Origin: Verrucomicrobiales bacterium
Lineage (GTDB): Bacteria; Verrucomicrobiota; Verrucomicrobiia; Verrucomicrobiales; SLCJ01
Direction: 5' to 3'
NCBI GenBank assembly: GCA_046075565.1
Contig: JBJTQJ010000025.1
Span: 32,001-96,000, forward strand
Length of the DNA: 64,000 nucleotides
Under the pieces are notes generated by a model. The model saw only the letters and a program-made list of their open reading frames with translations. It searched no databases and was not told the DNA's origin. Made by a program: the position numbers and the translations under genes. Shown in pieces: positions 32,433 through 42,302 of this stretch; position 1 is the first letter of the stretch; every line of letters begins with the position of its first letter.

Positions 32433-33533
32433 TCACCGCCCGCCCTCGGCCTTCACCTTGCGGGTTTCACCTCCGCTGGCCCGGGCGATGCTCCGGAGCA
32501 TGCGCTCCTCCTCGCGTTTGTCGTCGGCATTCACGTAATAAATGGTGTGGATCTTGGGCACCCGACCCTTCGCCTCTTTCTGTTTCTCCACCATGTCGGT
32601 CAATTCCTTTTCTTCGATCACATCGAGACCACCGCCGGGAACCGATCGCGTGGCATTGCCATCGGTGAGCATGAAGGCGATTTCGGGATCGAGTTTGAAC
32701 AACTCTTCGAGGGCATAATCGTGGCGGGTGCCGCCGGGCCGACCGCCTTGCGGTTTGGCACTATTCGCATCCACTTCGTCCTGAATGTGTTCTTTGGCCA
32801 GGCGTTTGTTCTCGTCGGTGGCGGGCACAAGTTCCTCTTTCCATGCCCGGGCGCTGCCCGACCATCGGATGATGCCGAAGCGGGCATTCACATCAAGTCC
32901 GTCCACCAGTGCCATGGCTTCGTCGCGGATGCGTTGGAATTTCTGCTCGCGTCCGGTGCGAACGAGTTTGTTCGTTCCGAAATCATAATCGCCGGTGCGG
33001 GAGAACATCGAGGTGGAGACATCGATCATAATCACGACACTCTGGCCTTTGTCGCGGATGCCGAAGAAACTCATACCCGAGCCGGTGCCGCCTCCGCCCG
33101 TGAGGCCGGTCGAATTCCCGAATCCAGCCGCGCCGGCCAAGCTGGCCGCGTTCAAGCCTTGCAAAGGATTCGTGTCCATGACCAAAGCCTGGTCGACGTC
33201 AACCGGGGGAAGCTCGGGCAGGGAAATGGCGGACGGTCGTGTGCTGACGAGCCGTTTTTTCATCACCGGCTTAGGTGCCATGGCCTGGTGTTTGGCCATG
33301 TTCAATCGATGCTCTGGCGGTTGGGGTGGGATCCGCACTTCGGGCTTCATCTCGAAGACCGCCGCCGGTTCCTGGAAATACTTCGCTACCACCCAGAGTC
33401 CGAAAAGCACCAGCGCGACGACGTGGGCGAACACACTGAAAATGATGATCCCACTAACAAGTGCACGTTTCTTTCCTGGGCGACGATCCTGTCCCGGTTG
33501 CGCGCTGACGATCGGCATGGCGGGCGCGCTCAT
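32433..33533 (-). CDS. Membrane-anchored vWA-like domain protein
   Basis: One N-terminal TM, Pro/Gly-rich linker, MIDAS-like DVSTSM, GGT and LTDG. Confidence 0.75.
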   Translation of the reverse strand: MSAPAMPIVSAQPGQDRRPGKKRALVSGIIIFSVFAHVVALVLFGLWVVAKYFQEPAAVFEMKPEVRIPPQPPEHRLNMAKHQAMAPKPVMKKRLVSTRPSAISLPELPPVDVDQALVMDTNPLQGLNAASLAGAAGFGNSTGLTGGGGTGSGMSFFGIRDKGQSVVIMIDVSTSMFSRTGDYDFGTNKLVRTGREQKFQRIRDEAMALVDGLDVNARFGIIRWSGSARAWKEELVPATDENKRLAKEHIQDEVDANSAKPQGGRPGGTRHDYALEELFKLDPEIAFMLTDGNATRSVPGGGLDVIEEKELTDMVEKQKEAKGRVPKIHTIYYVNADDKREEERMLRSIARASGGETRKVKAEGGR

Positions 33534-33970
33534 GGTTCGCCCTCCCCGGATGTTTGATCGACAAACGTCACACCCGTCACACCGGCGGCGGCGCAGGCAT
33601 CGAGCACGTCGACGAGTTTCTGGTGGGGCACGGAATCGTGGGGAGCCACGCTGACCAAGGCTTCGCCGCGGTTTGCATCGGCGGCCTCCTTGAATCGGCG
33701 CAGCATGTCGCGCAAAGCGGGTAAATCGAGGGGTTGTTCATTCACCACCACACCGCCGCTGGCGTTGATTTCGACGGTGATTTCCTCCGGGATATCGACC
33801 GGGGCGTCCTGGGTGAGCGCTCCCGGCAAGCCGATGCCAATGTCCGCCTCCTGCTTCACCGGTTTGGCCGAAACCATGAAGAAAACCAGGAGCAAAAAGA
33901 CCATGTCGATCATCGGCCCCATCTGCATTTCGACGGAACCGGAACTTTGGGATCGACGGCGGCGGCGCAT
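33530..33970 (-). CDS. Biopolymer transport protein, ExbD/TolR family
   Basis: PMIDMVFLLLVFFMV; HQKLVDVLDACAAAGV; overlaps the next gene by 4 nt. Confidence 0.88.
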   Translation of the reverse strand: MRRRRRSQSSGSVEMQMGPMIDMVFLLLVFFMVSAKPVKQEADIGIGLPGALTQDAPVDIPEEITVEINASGGVVVNEQPLDLPALRDMLRRFKEAADANRGEALVSVAPHDSVPHQKLVDVLDACAAAGVTGVTFVDQTSGEGEP

Positions 33971-34157
33971 GGCGGGCGGGCGGAGAGATATCATCATGAA
34001 GCCGCCGCGCCCATGTGGCAAGCAAAAGAGTCGTGGCAATGGTGGCAGATTGCCGCTGCGCTCGGGCCTACGCGACGGCCTGTGGCATCTTTTCTGACAA
34101 AAAACCTCCGGAGCCTTCGTCATAGTCCCTGCGCATCTTTCCGGCGCGTCCCTCACC

Positions 34158-35447
34158 ATGCCTACTTCCCTTTCCCGCCGTTCCCTGCTAGCCAAGGCTG
34201 CCACCCTTGCCGTCGCCCCGATGATTGTTCCCGGCCGCGTGCTCGGTCTTGATGGCGGGGTCGCGCCCAGCAACCGGATCGTGCTCGCCGGGGTCGGTAT
34301 CGGCAATCGGGGGCAGCAGGTATTGAACGCCTTCCTGAAGCAGCCGGACGTCCAAGTCGTGGAAATCTGCGATGTGCAGGAAAAGCGGCGGAGCTACTCC
34401 CGGGGTTTGGTCAACGGCCACTACGGCAGCCGCGATTGCCGCATGGAAAGGGACATGCTGGCCACTTACTCCCGCGAGGGAATTGACGCCGTGCTCATCG
34501 CCACCGGTGACCGTTGGCACGCCTTGGCCAGCGCCCTCGCCGCCAAGGCCGGACTGGATGTCTATTGCGAAAAACCCTGCGGCATGCACATCCAGGAGCA
34601 TCGCCAGCTGGCGGAGACCTTCGCCCGCCACAAACGCATCTTCCAAGCCGGCACCCAGCGCCGCAGCGTTCCCAATTTCCAGTATGCCGTGTCCCTGGCC
34701 CGCGACGGAAAGCTCGGAAAGCTGAAAAAAGTTCATGGGGCAGTCGTGCAGCCGGTTTCCTGGAACACACCGCTTCCCGCGCAAGAACTGCCTGACCCTG
34801 ATGTGATCGATTGGGAACGCTGGGTCGGCCCCGCCCCGATGCACCCTTATAACGAGGAGTATCTGCGCCGCTGGAATGGGTTTGATGATTTCACCGCCGC
34901 GTGGAAATTGCCGGACTGGGCGGCCCACACCGCCGACTTGTGCCAATGGGCGGCGGGTGCCGACGGCAGCGGACCGGTTTCCTTCGAAGCCGAGGGACTG
35001 AACATCCGGGGAAAATACGAGAACGGTATCGAACTCGTGCTCCGGCTCGGTGGTTTCAGCAATGAGGGTGATTGGAACGGACTCGGGACCTGCCCGGTTC
35101 GCTTCGAGGGCGAGGACGGTTGGGTTGAAACCGCCGATTCCGGGAAAATCATCGCTTCCCGCCCCGAACTTCTGAAGGCAAACGAAGGAGCTGCCGTGGT
35201 CCGCGGCACCGATCCGGAACTCCACGTGCGCGACTTCCTCGACGCCGTGCGCAGCCGGGGCACCACGCGCTGCAATGCCACCAATACCCGCTTCAGCCAC
35301 AACACCTCCTTCGCCGCCGCCGTCACATGGAAACTCCAGCGCGGTCTCCGCTTTGACCCCGCCGCCGAGTCCTTCCCCGATGATGCCGAAGCGAACAAGT
35401 TCCTCAGCCGCCCGCCGCGGGCGCCCTGGGCTTTCCCGGTGGATTGA
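34158..35447 (+). CDS. Tat-exported Gfo/Idh/MocA oxidoreductase
   Basis: SRRSLL Tat signal, GIGNRG, DVYCEKP, QAGTQRRS, WERWVGPAP. Confidence 0.92.
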   Translation: MPTSLSRRSLLAKAATLAVAPMIVPGRVLGLDGGVAPSNRIVLAGVGIGNRGQQVLNAFLKQPDVQVVEICDVQEKRRSYSRGLVNGHYGSRDCRMERDMLATYSREGIDAVLIATGDRWHALASALAAKAGLDVYCEKPCGMHIQEHRQLAETFARHKRIFQAGTQRRSVPNFQYAVSLARDGKLGKLKKVHGAVVQPVSWNTPLPAQELPDPDVIDWERWVGPAPMHPYNEEYLRRWNGFDDFTAAWKLPDWAAHTADLCQWAAGADGSGPVSFEAEGLNIRGKYENGIELVLRLGGFSNEGDWNGLGTCPVRFEGEDGWVETADSGKIIASRPELLKANEGAAVVRGTDPELHVRDFLDAVRSRGTTRCNATNTRFSHNTSFAAAVTWKLQRGLRFDPAAESFPDDAEANKFLSRPPRAPWAFPVD

Positions 35448-35501
35448 GAAGCGCTCATTTTTCCCTTTTTCCGATCGGGGATCAGCGGCATGGTGGCTGC
35501 C

Positions 35502-37718
35502 ATGCCAACGATTTCCGAAACCAGTATTTCGCGACTGCTCGGCGGGGCTCACGATGATCCGTTTTCCGTGCTCGGTCGCCACCGTGATCATGGGATTCCC
35601 GGTTTCCGGGTGCGTGTTTGCCGGCCTGATGTGGCGTCGGTGGAAGTGGTCTTGTTAGGAGCGGATGGAATCGAAATGGCACGCCACCCGGCGCATTCTC
35701 TTGGTGGGTCCGGTGTGTTCGAAGCGGCTTTCGAGTGGTATGCTGCGGTTGCCCCTGCTTACCGGTTGATTTTCCATTTTCCGGACGGGAACCGTCTCGA
35801 AACTGCGGACCCGTATTCGTTCCCGCCCATGCTCGGAGAACAGGATGTGTGGCTTTTCGCGCAGGGTAACCATTACGAACTGCATCGTGTGCTGGGCAGC
35901 CACACAGACGAAATCGCCGGTGTGACCGGCACAAGGTTCGCCGTCTGGGCTCCGAATGCCCGCCGGGTCTCGGTGGTCGGCGCTTTCAACGGCTGGGACG
36001 GGCGATGCCATCCCATGCGCAAACGCCTCGAATGCGGCGTTTGGGAAATCTTCATCCCCGGTATTGGTTGCGAGGAACTCTACAAATTCGAGGTCATCCA
36101 GGCCGACGGCCGCCTCTGCCTGAAATCGGATCCCTTCGCGCGTTTCGGCCAGCATGGCCCCGAGACCGCGTCCATCGTCTGGGAAAGCGAATACACGTGG
36201 AATGATGAAGCCTGGATAAAACAACGCGCGTCCCACGATCCCTACCACAAACCGATGAGCATCTACGAATGTCATCTCGGATCGTGGGCGAGGATTCCTG
36301 AGGAAGGGAACCGCATGCTCACCTACCGCGAACTGGCGGAGCGCCTGCTTGATCACGTCGAGAAACTCGGTTTCACCCACATCGAACTGATGCCCATCAC
36401 CGAGTATCCATTCGATGGCTCCTGGGGCTATCAGGTCACCGGATTTTTCGCGCCCACCTCGCGCCACGGCTCGCCGGACGACTTCAAGTATTTCGTCGAT
36501 GAAGCGCACCGTCGCGGCATCGGCATCATCGTCGACTGGGTCCCTGCCCACTTCCCGAAGGATGACCACGGGCTCTCCCGCTTCGACGGCACGGCGCTCT
36601 ACGAACACGCCGACCCTCGCCAAGGCGAGCACATGGACTGGGGCACCTCCATCTTCAACTTCGGGCGCAACGAGGTGAAGAATTTTCTCATCTCCTCAGC
36701 CCTGCTCTGGCTGCGCGAATATCATATCGATGGATTGCGCGTGGACGCCGTGGCTTCCATGCTTTACCTCGACTACTCCCGCGAGAGCGGCCAATGGGTG
36801 CCCAACCAACACGGCGGACGCGAGAACCTCGAGGCCATCGCGTTCCTGCGTCACCTCAACGCTATCGCCTATCAACTGAATCCCGGCATCATCATGATCG
36901 CCGAGGAGTCCACCGCCTGGGGGGGCGTGTCACGCCCGACCGACTCCGGTGGACTCGGATTCGGTTTCAAATGGAACATGGGGTGGATGAACGACACCCT
37001 GCGCTACATCGAACACGAGCCGATCCACCGCCAATACCACCACGGCGAGGCGACATTCTCGATGATCTACGCTTACGACGAAAATTTCATCCTCGTGCTC
37101 AGCCACGACGAGGTCGTGCACGGGAAAAAGTCGTTGTTGAGCAAAATGCCCGGCGACCGCTGGCAGCAATTCGCCAATCTGCGTATGCTCTACGCGTGGA
37201 TGTGGGCCCATCCCGGGAAAAAGCTGCTTTTCCAAGGTAGCGAAATCGGCCAGTGGGACGAGTGGACCGAACAGCGCTCCGTCGATTGGCATCTGCAAAT
37301 CGGCGCCGAACATTCGGGTGTGCGTGATTTGTTAGGCGACTTAAACCGGCTCTACCGGAGCTTGCCCGCACTGCATGCGCTCGACCACGAACCCGGCGGG
37401 TTCCGCTGGCTCGACCATGGTGACGCCGGGAGATCGATTTTCGCCTTCGAACGCTCGGCTCCCGGCGGCGGCAGCGTGATCGTGCTCGTGAATGCCACTC
37501 CGGTCCCGCGACCGGGCTACAGAGCCGGCGTGCCCAAGGCCGGGGCCTGGCGCGAAATCCTCAACACCGATACCGTGGCTTACGGAGGCAGTGGTCTCGT
37601 GAACGCTCGCCCAATCATGGCCGAGCCACAGCCTTGGCACGGTCATCCGCAGTCGTTGCCAGTGGATTTGCCGCCCCTTGGTGTCGTCTGGTTGCACCAG
37701 GGAAGACCCGTGGGCTGA
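35502..37718 (+). CDS. glgB: 1,4-alpha-glucan branching enzyme
   Basis: [44 protein letters not shown]. Confidence 0.98.
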   Translation: MPTISETSISRLLGGAHDDPFSVLGRHRDHGIPGFRVRVCRPDVASVEVVLLGADGIEMARHPAHSLGGSGVFEAAFEWYAAVAPAYRLIFHFPDGNRLETADPYSFPPMLGEQDVWLFAQGNHYELHRVLGSHTDEIAGVTGTRFAVWAPNARRVSVVGAFNGWDGRCHPMRKRLECGVWEIFIPGIGCEELYKFEVIQADGRLCLKSDPFARFGQHGPETASIVWESEYTWNDEAWIKQRASHDPYHKPMSIYECHLGSWARIPEEGNRMLTYRELAERLLDHVEKLGFTHIELMPITEYPFDGSWGYQVTGFFAPTSRHGSPDDFKYFVDEAHRRGIGIIVDWVPAHFPKDDHGLSRFDGTALYEHADPRQGEHMDWGTSIFNFGRNEVKNFLISSALLWLREYHIDGLRVDAVASMLYLDYSRESGQWVPNQHGGRENLEAIAFLRHLNAIAYQLNPGIIMIAEESTAWGGVSRPTDSGGLGFGFKWNMGWMNDTLRYIEHEPIHRQYHHGEATFSMIYAYDENFILVLSHDEVVHGKKSLLSKMPGDRWQQFANLRMLYAWMWAHPGKKLLFQGSEIGQWDEWTEQRSVDWHLQIGAEHSGVRDLLGDLNRLYRSLPALHALDHEPGGFRWLDHGDAGRSIFAFERSAPGGGSVIVLVNATPVPRPGYRAGVPKAGAWREILNTDTVAYGGSGLVNARPIMAEPQPWHGHPQSLPVDLPPLGVVWLHQGRPVG

Positions 37719-37772
37719 CGGCGTTTCAGATGATTTCCGCGCCCTCTCGCACCCAGGCCGCGTAGTTTCATC

Positions 37773-38009
37773 ATGCGCTACCTCCGTCATCCTGCCGTCA
37801 AAGCCGCTTTGCTCATCTGGGCGCTCTTGTTGCCCTTGGCCTGGCTAGCGGATCGGCTGTCCTTTGAAGCCGTTCCCCCTCCGGTCGGCCCGTGGCTGTT
37901 GCTTGTTCTCATGGTCGGCCCGCTGATTTTCAGTGCCGCCTTCTCTCTCGCCGTATTGCGATTGCCCGCCGTGGCTCCAGCCCGCGATAGAACCTGGCGG
38001 AAGCGGTAA
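37773..38009 (+). CDS. Small two-TM hypothetical protein
   Basis: Two hydrophobic segments; fills the gap between genes. Confidence 0.55.
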   Translation: MRYLRHPAVKAALLIWALLLPLAWLADRLSFEAVPPPVGPWLLLVLMVGPLIFSAAFSLAVLRLPAVAPARDRTWRKR

Positions 38010-38011
38010 AA

Positions 38012-39725
38012 TCAATTGCCCTTCATTTTGGCCCGCACTCTTTTCAGGTCGTAAAGGCGTTCTCCGCTCAAGGCTTCATCGACTTCAAGTTCGCGGATGG
38101 CATCTCCATAGAGCCCCATTTCTTCGTAAACAAGGCCCCGGGCATGGCTAAGGGCGAACCAGTGCACTTTCTGCGGCGGTGGTTGCACACGGTGGAGCGC
38201 CGCTTCAAGTTGGGTCAGCAATTGGATGGATTGGCGACCTTGTTCGGTCGCGGCTAGTGCCCGTGCGTAGCAGCCGTAGGAGCCGATAAGGGCGAGGGCG
38301 TGACGTCCGGTTGGTAACTCGCGTGCAGGAACCAACTCACCATTCATTTGCTGGAGAGTTTTGTCCACCTTCGGGAAAAGATCCCGTTGCCGCGCCAGGA
38401 TCTTGTCCCACCGCCCGGCCCGCGCGTCTGTCGATTGCATGACCCACACCGAGCGCAGTTGTCCCGGATAGCGCGCGAGCACGTCGCCCATGAGCTTGTC
38501 CATGTCGTGCCAAAGCAACGAACGTTGAATGGATAGCCAGCAAAAGATCGCCACAATCGTTCCAACTGCTCCCACGCGGACGATGGTGGAAAGCCGCCGA
38601 CCCGCCCATGCCAAGGCGATGGCAGCGGATAGGCAGAACCACGGCAGCCCCGGATAAATTCGGTATTCCGGCATATACTCGGCGATAATGTAGAAGACAC
38701 GCATGGCCAGGGTCAGACCAAAGACGAGCAAACCGAGACCGAACTAACGGGTGGAGTTTCTCCAGCTCAACCACGAGGTTGCCAGCAAATAGAGCACAAG
38801 CCCTGCCGCCGCGAAGAGGGCGATCCGGTCGGGAACGGAAAACCACATCTTGCCGGCCGGCACCAAGGTTTCCGCCACATGATGATCCGCGCTGAGGGCA
38901 ACGGGAACAACCGCCCGCCACGCGAATTCCCAGAAGGATCGGCAAACCGTCAAGCCGTGTCCGGCGAACGTTGGCTCGCTCCAGCGGCTCATCACGAACC
39001 CAACCCTCCACCACCAGCCCGAGACAAAAAGAATGCCCACCATCACCACGACACCCGACACGATCCACGGCCAACGACGTGTCCATGAACGCAGCACGGA
39101 TCTTTCGACGGAGAGCAAAAGAATCGGCACGACCGCTATCATGGCATACACGATGCCAGGTCCTTTGGAAAAGGTCGCACCAAGAACACAAACGGGCAGC
39201 GCAACCCACGACCAACGGTTTCCGCCTGTGGCCGCCACCCGCGCTGCCCAGGCCGCGCCAAGGGAAAACAAAGTCACCCACGCGAGATCGTGGGCGCGTG
39301 CGTAATTCGGTATCTCGCTGCCCAGTGGATGTGCTGCAAAAAGCAAAGCCGCCACCAGTGCGATGCCCTGGTTCTCCGCCCCAAGCAGCGAGCGGGCGAG
39401 GGCCCATAAAATCAAGACATTCCCGGCGTGCAATAGCCAGTTGACAGCATGGAAGACCACTGGATTCGCCTCGCCGCCACAGCCGGTCTGCAGCCAATAA
39501 CCGAAATGCGTCCAAGTGAGCACATCGCTGCCCCAGATCCTCCCCTCTCTCACCCAATCGTTGAAAAGAATACTCAACGGGTCATCCATATAGAACTGCG
39601 ACCTCAGACACGCGCCATGGGCCAAAGCCGTCACCGCGAGAAGAAGCAAAGCCGGCCACAAACGCCCGCTCCACCAACTTGCGGTGGTGGGGGGGAGAAA
39701 CCTTCTTGGATTTTACGCCAGCCAT
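38012..39725 (-). pseudogene. Disrupted TMTC-like (GT-C fold) membrane glycosyltransferase with TPR-like C-terminus
   Basis: FYMDD, FHAVNWLLH, LFAAHP, EYRIYP motifs; in-frame TAG at 38744-38746 joins ORFs 38744..39661 and 38012..38731; ATG 39725 is one base out of frame across a C7 tract (39689-39695). Confidence 0.8.
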
Positions 39726-39908
39726 GGGAGTCTCTTATGTAGCAGGATTCCGGGCATCACGCATCGGGAAAATCAAGGCCCGTCCCAGAACGGGTGCAAG
39801 AGACGCGGGTTAGGGTCTTCTTGCGGCGGGAGCAGTTTCTTGCCACATCATGGAAGAAGTTGGGCCTCCAAACTTGCGCGACGGTTCGAAACACCCTAGG
39901 ATACCGCT

Positions 39909-40133
39909 ATGAATCCGGTGGAGAGTGCAGACCTAAAGCACCAGTGGACAGCCGTGCGTTGCCATAGCTTGGACGACATGCGGGATCAGAACATTCTTTT
40001 CTGGCAGGCGCAGGGACCATCCGCAATCCGGAGAGCTGCCTGGCAGATCGTGGTCGATTACTGGCAGGCCAATCACCTCAATCCAGATGAACTCCGATTT
40101 TCGCGATCTTTTACGGTTGCTGGGCGAGCATGA
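39909..40133 (+). CDS. Small protein of the type found upstream of minimal nucleotidyltransferases (putative TA partner)
   Basis: FWQAQGPSAIRRAAWQIVVDYW...RFSRS pattern; promoter TTGCGC-N17-TAGGAT 6 nt before ATG; overlaps the NTase remnant. Confidence 0.65.
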   Translation: MNPVESADLKHQWTAVRCHSLDDMRDQNILFWQAQGPSAIRRAAWQIVVDYWQANHLNPDELRFSRSFTVAGRA

Positions 40134-40144
40134 GGTGAGCTACC
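40087..40144 (+). pseudogene. 5' remnant of a nucleotidyltransferase-like gene
   Basis: MNSDFRDLLRLLGEHEVSY resembles the N-terminus that normally continues into ..VGGYAV; similarity ends next to the hflX stop. Confidence 0.55.
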
Positions 40145-40155
40145 AGAACGCCTCC

Positions 40156-41460
40156 TCACCCCGCGAATCCCGCGAACAAGTGTTCGAGTTTTTTCGGGAC
40201 GATGGCGGTGACGACAGCGACAGCGTCGTCGTAGTCGAGCGATAGCACCTTGCCCTCGGCATGGAGGCGGGCGAGCAGGTCGCCGCGGGAGGGCGGGATG
40301 CGGTAGTGTTTGCGGGCAACACGGTCGCGCAGGATGTCGTGGATTTCTCCTAACAAACGATCCATTCCGATACCCTCGCGAACGGAAACCGGGATGGCAT
40401 CGGGGAAGATGGTGGCGAGGCGGCGGTTCTCTTCCTCACCGAGCAGGTCGATTTTGTTGAGCACGACGAGCATTCTTTTGTCGGCGGCCCCTAGTTCGCC
40501 GAGCACGGCGAGGGTAGTGCGGTAATGGATTTCCGCTTCGGGAGAGGAGGCATCCACAACGTGGATGAGGAAGTCGGCGAGAGTGGACTCCTCAAGCGTG
40601 GCCTTGAAGGCCTCGACAAGACGGTGGGGCAGGTTGCGCACGAAGCCCACGGTATCGGTGAGCAGGAGTTCCTGATTGTCGGGCAGGACAATGCGGCGGG
40701 TGGTGGTATCGAGGGTGGCGAAGAGTTTGTCTTCGGCCAGCACATCGGCACCAGTGAGTTTATTGAGCAGGGAGGACTTGCCCGCGTTGGTGTAACCGAC
40801 AATGGCGGCCACGGGCAGGCCGTTGTCGATGCGTTCCTTGCGCTGGGTGGCACGGATACGGCGAACTTCCTCGAGTTCGTCTTTCACTTTGGCAATGCGG
40901 TCGCGAGCGAGGCGTTTGTCCACTTCGATTTGTTTCTCCCCTTCACCGCGGGCCGCTCCTCCTCCACCTTTGCCTCCGCCGGCTCCGCCGCCCTGACGGT
41001 CGAGGTGGGTCCACATGCGCGCCATCCGGGGCAGCGCGTATTGCATGCGGGCGAGATCGACCTGCAAGCGTGCCTCCCGGGTGCTGGCGCGGCGGGCGAA
41101 AATGTCGAGAATGACTTCCTCGCGATCGATGACCGTCAGGTCGCTGTCTTTTTCCCAAGCCCGCTGCTGGGCGGGAGTTAAATTGTTGTCGAAGATGATA
41201 CAATCACATTCGAGCGAGCGGGCGTGTTCAATCATCTCGGCGGCCTTGCCCGTGCCCATGAGGTAACGCGCGTTGTGCTGCGGTGCCCGCACCAGCGTGG
41301 ACTCAACGATGCCGATCCCGAGTGTCGTCACGAGCTCCTCGAGTTCGACGAGCAAAGCGCGTGCGGCTTCCTCGTCGCGACGGCTTTCGTGCACGCCGAT
41401 CAGGAAGGCGCGTTCGACCTGTTCGGGCCGTTCGCGGATCTCAAACATCTGGAGGCTCAT
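40156..41460 (-). CDS. hflX: GTPase HflX
   Basis: VILDIFARRA, GYTNAGKS, LFATLD, DTVGF, NKID. Confidence 0.97.
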   Translation of the reverse strand: MSLQMFEIRERPEQVERAFLIGVHESRRDEEAARALLVELEELVTTLGIGIVESTLVRAPQHNARYLMGTGKAAEMIEHARSLECDCIIFDNNLTPAQQRAWEKDSDLTVIDREEVILDIFARRASTREARLQVDLARMQYALPRMARMWTHLDRQGGGAGGGKGGGGAARGEGEKQIEVDKRLARDRIAKVKDELEEVRRIRATQRKERIDNGLPVAAIVGYTNAGKSSLLNKLTGADVLAEDKLFATLDTTTRRIVLPDNQELLLTDTVGFVRNLPHRLVEAFKATLEESTLADFLIHVVDASSPEAEIHYRTTLAVLGELGAADKRMLVVLNKIDLLGEEENRRLATIFPDAIPVSVREGIGMDRLLGEIHDILRDRVARKHYRIPPSRGDLLARLHAEGKVLSLDYDDAVAVVTAIVPKKLEHLFAGFAG

Positions 41461-41469
41461 GGGAGTGGG

Positions 41470-42210
41470 TCAGGGAAGTTTCCACGGTCCGCGCAGACGG
41501 GCATATTCCGCGCGGGGTAGCAACAGATACATCGGCTTGGCCTGCGGGTCCAACCAGGCGATCATTTCGCGCAAACGCCACTCCGGCATGGTGGTGCAGC
41601 CGGTTGTCGCTTTGGCTCCGTTCGATCTCCAGACATGGAAAAAGATCGCACTGCCCCCGTTGAGCACGACATTCGGCGGGGCGTTGTGGTTGACGAAAAG
41701 TTTGAGGTTGTGCGCGGGGTCGTTGAGTTTCATCTGCTGCTTCTTTTCCCATGCGGTGCGGGGCTCGGCATGGGGCAGCTTGAGATGGCGGTTGTAGTGA
41801 GGAGAGGTCGGATCCTCGACCCAGAGGTCGCGGGGACCGATTTGTTCATAGACCATGCCGCGCTTGCGCGCGACCTGATCCGGACGGTACAGGCCATAGG
41901 CGTGGCCGAGCGTGAAGACCCCGGCGGGCGCGCGGCTGTCCCCTTCGACCTTGAGTTTCGCGTCCTTCGGCGCGGCGTGGAGTCCGCGGCCCCAGACGAG
42001 GCCGGAGCGCCCGAGGCGTCCATTCCAAGGGGTGCCAATCGCCTGCCAGCCTTTGCCTTTCCTTTCATATCGCTGGAGTGCAACATAGCTATCGTCCCAA
42101 TTGCGGGCGATGCCCACGATGAGCTGTCGGGTCTCGGCGGGAACAGGAGACTCCGCACGAGCCATCAGGGATGGGAAAACGACAAGCAGCAGGAGCAGAC
42201 GGAGGGGCAT
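41470..42210 (-). CDS. L,D-transpeptidase (YkuD-like) family protein
   Basis: Signal peptide; EGDSRAPAG; GSAIFFH...TTGCT His/Cys motif. Confidence 0.82.
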   Translation of the reverse strand: MPLRLLLLLVVFPSLMARAESPVPAETRQLIVGIARNWDDSYVALQRYERKGKGWQAIGTPWNGRLGRSGLVWGRGLHAAPKDAKLKVEGDSRAPAGVFTLGHAYGLYRPDQVARKRGMVYEQIGPRDLWVEDPTSPHYNRHLKLPHAEPRTAWEKKQQMKLNDPAHNLKLFVNHNAPPNVVLNGGSAIFFHVWRSNGAKATTGCTTMPEWRLREMIAWLDPQAKPMYLLLPRAEYARLRGPWKLP

Positions 42211-42302
42211 GCTGGAATGAAACGCATTTTGAGGAATCGTGCAAGACATCCCGGAAATTCCTTGATTGCCAGACGGGTGGATTTTTCTTAGATTAGGCCT
42301 TC

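Noticed and set aside
32152-32437. CoA/NAD riboswitch controlling panC-nadB
   Set aside because: panC has its own promoter-like motif 5 nt before the ATG, and the upstream hairpins match REP structure; kept only as a low-ranked structured region
32386-32437. CRISPR-like direct repeats (also considered at 18486-18682 and 20640-20696)
   Set aside because: Only two imperfect copies each, wrong repeat and spacer sizes, no cas genes
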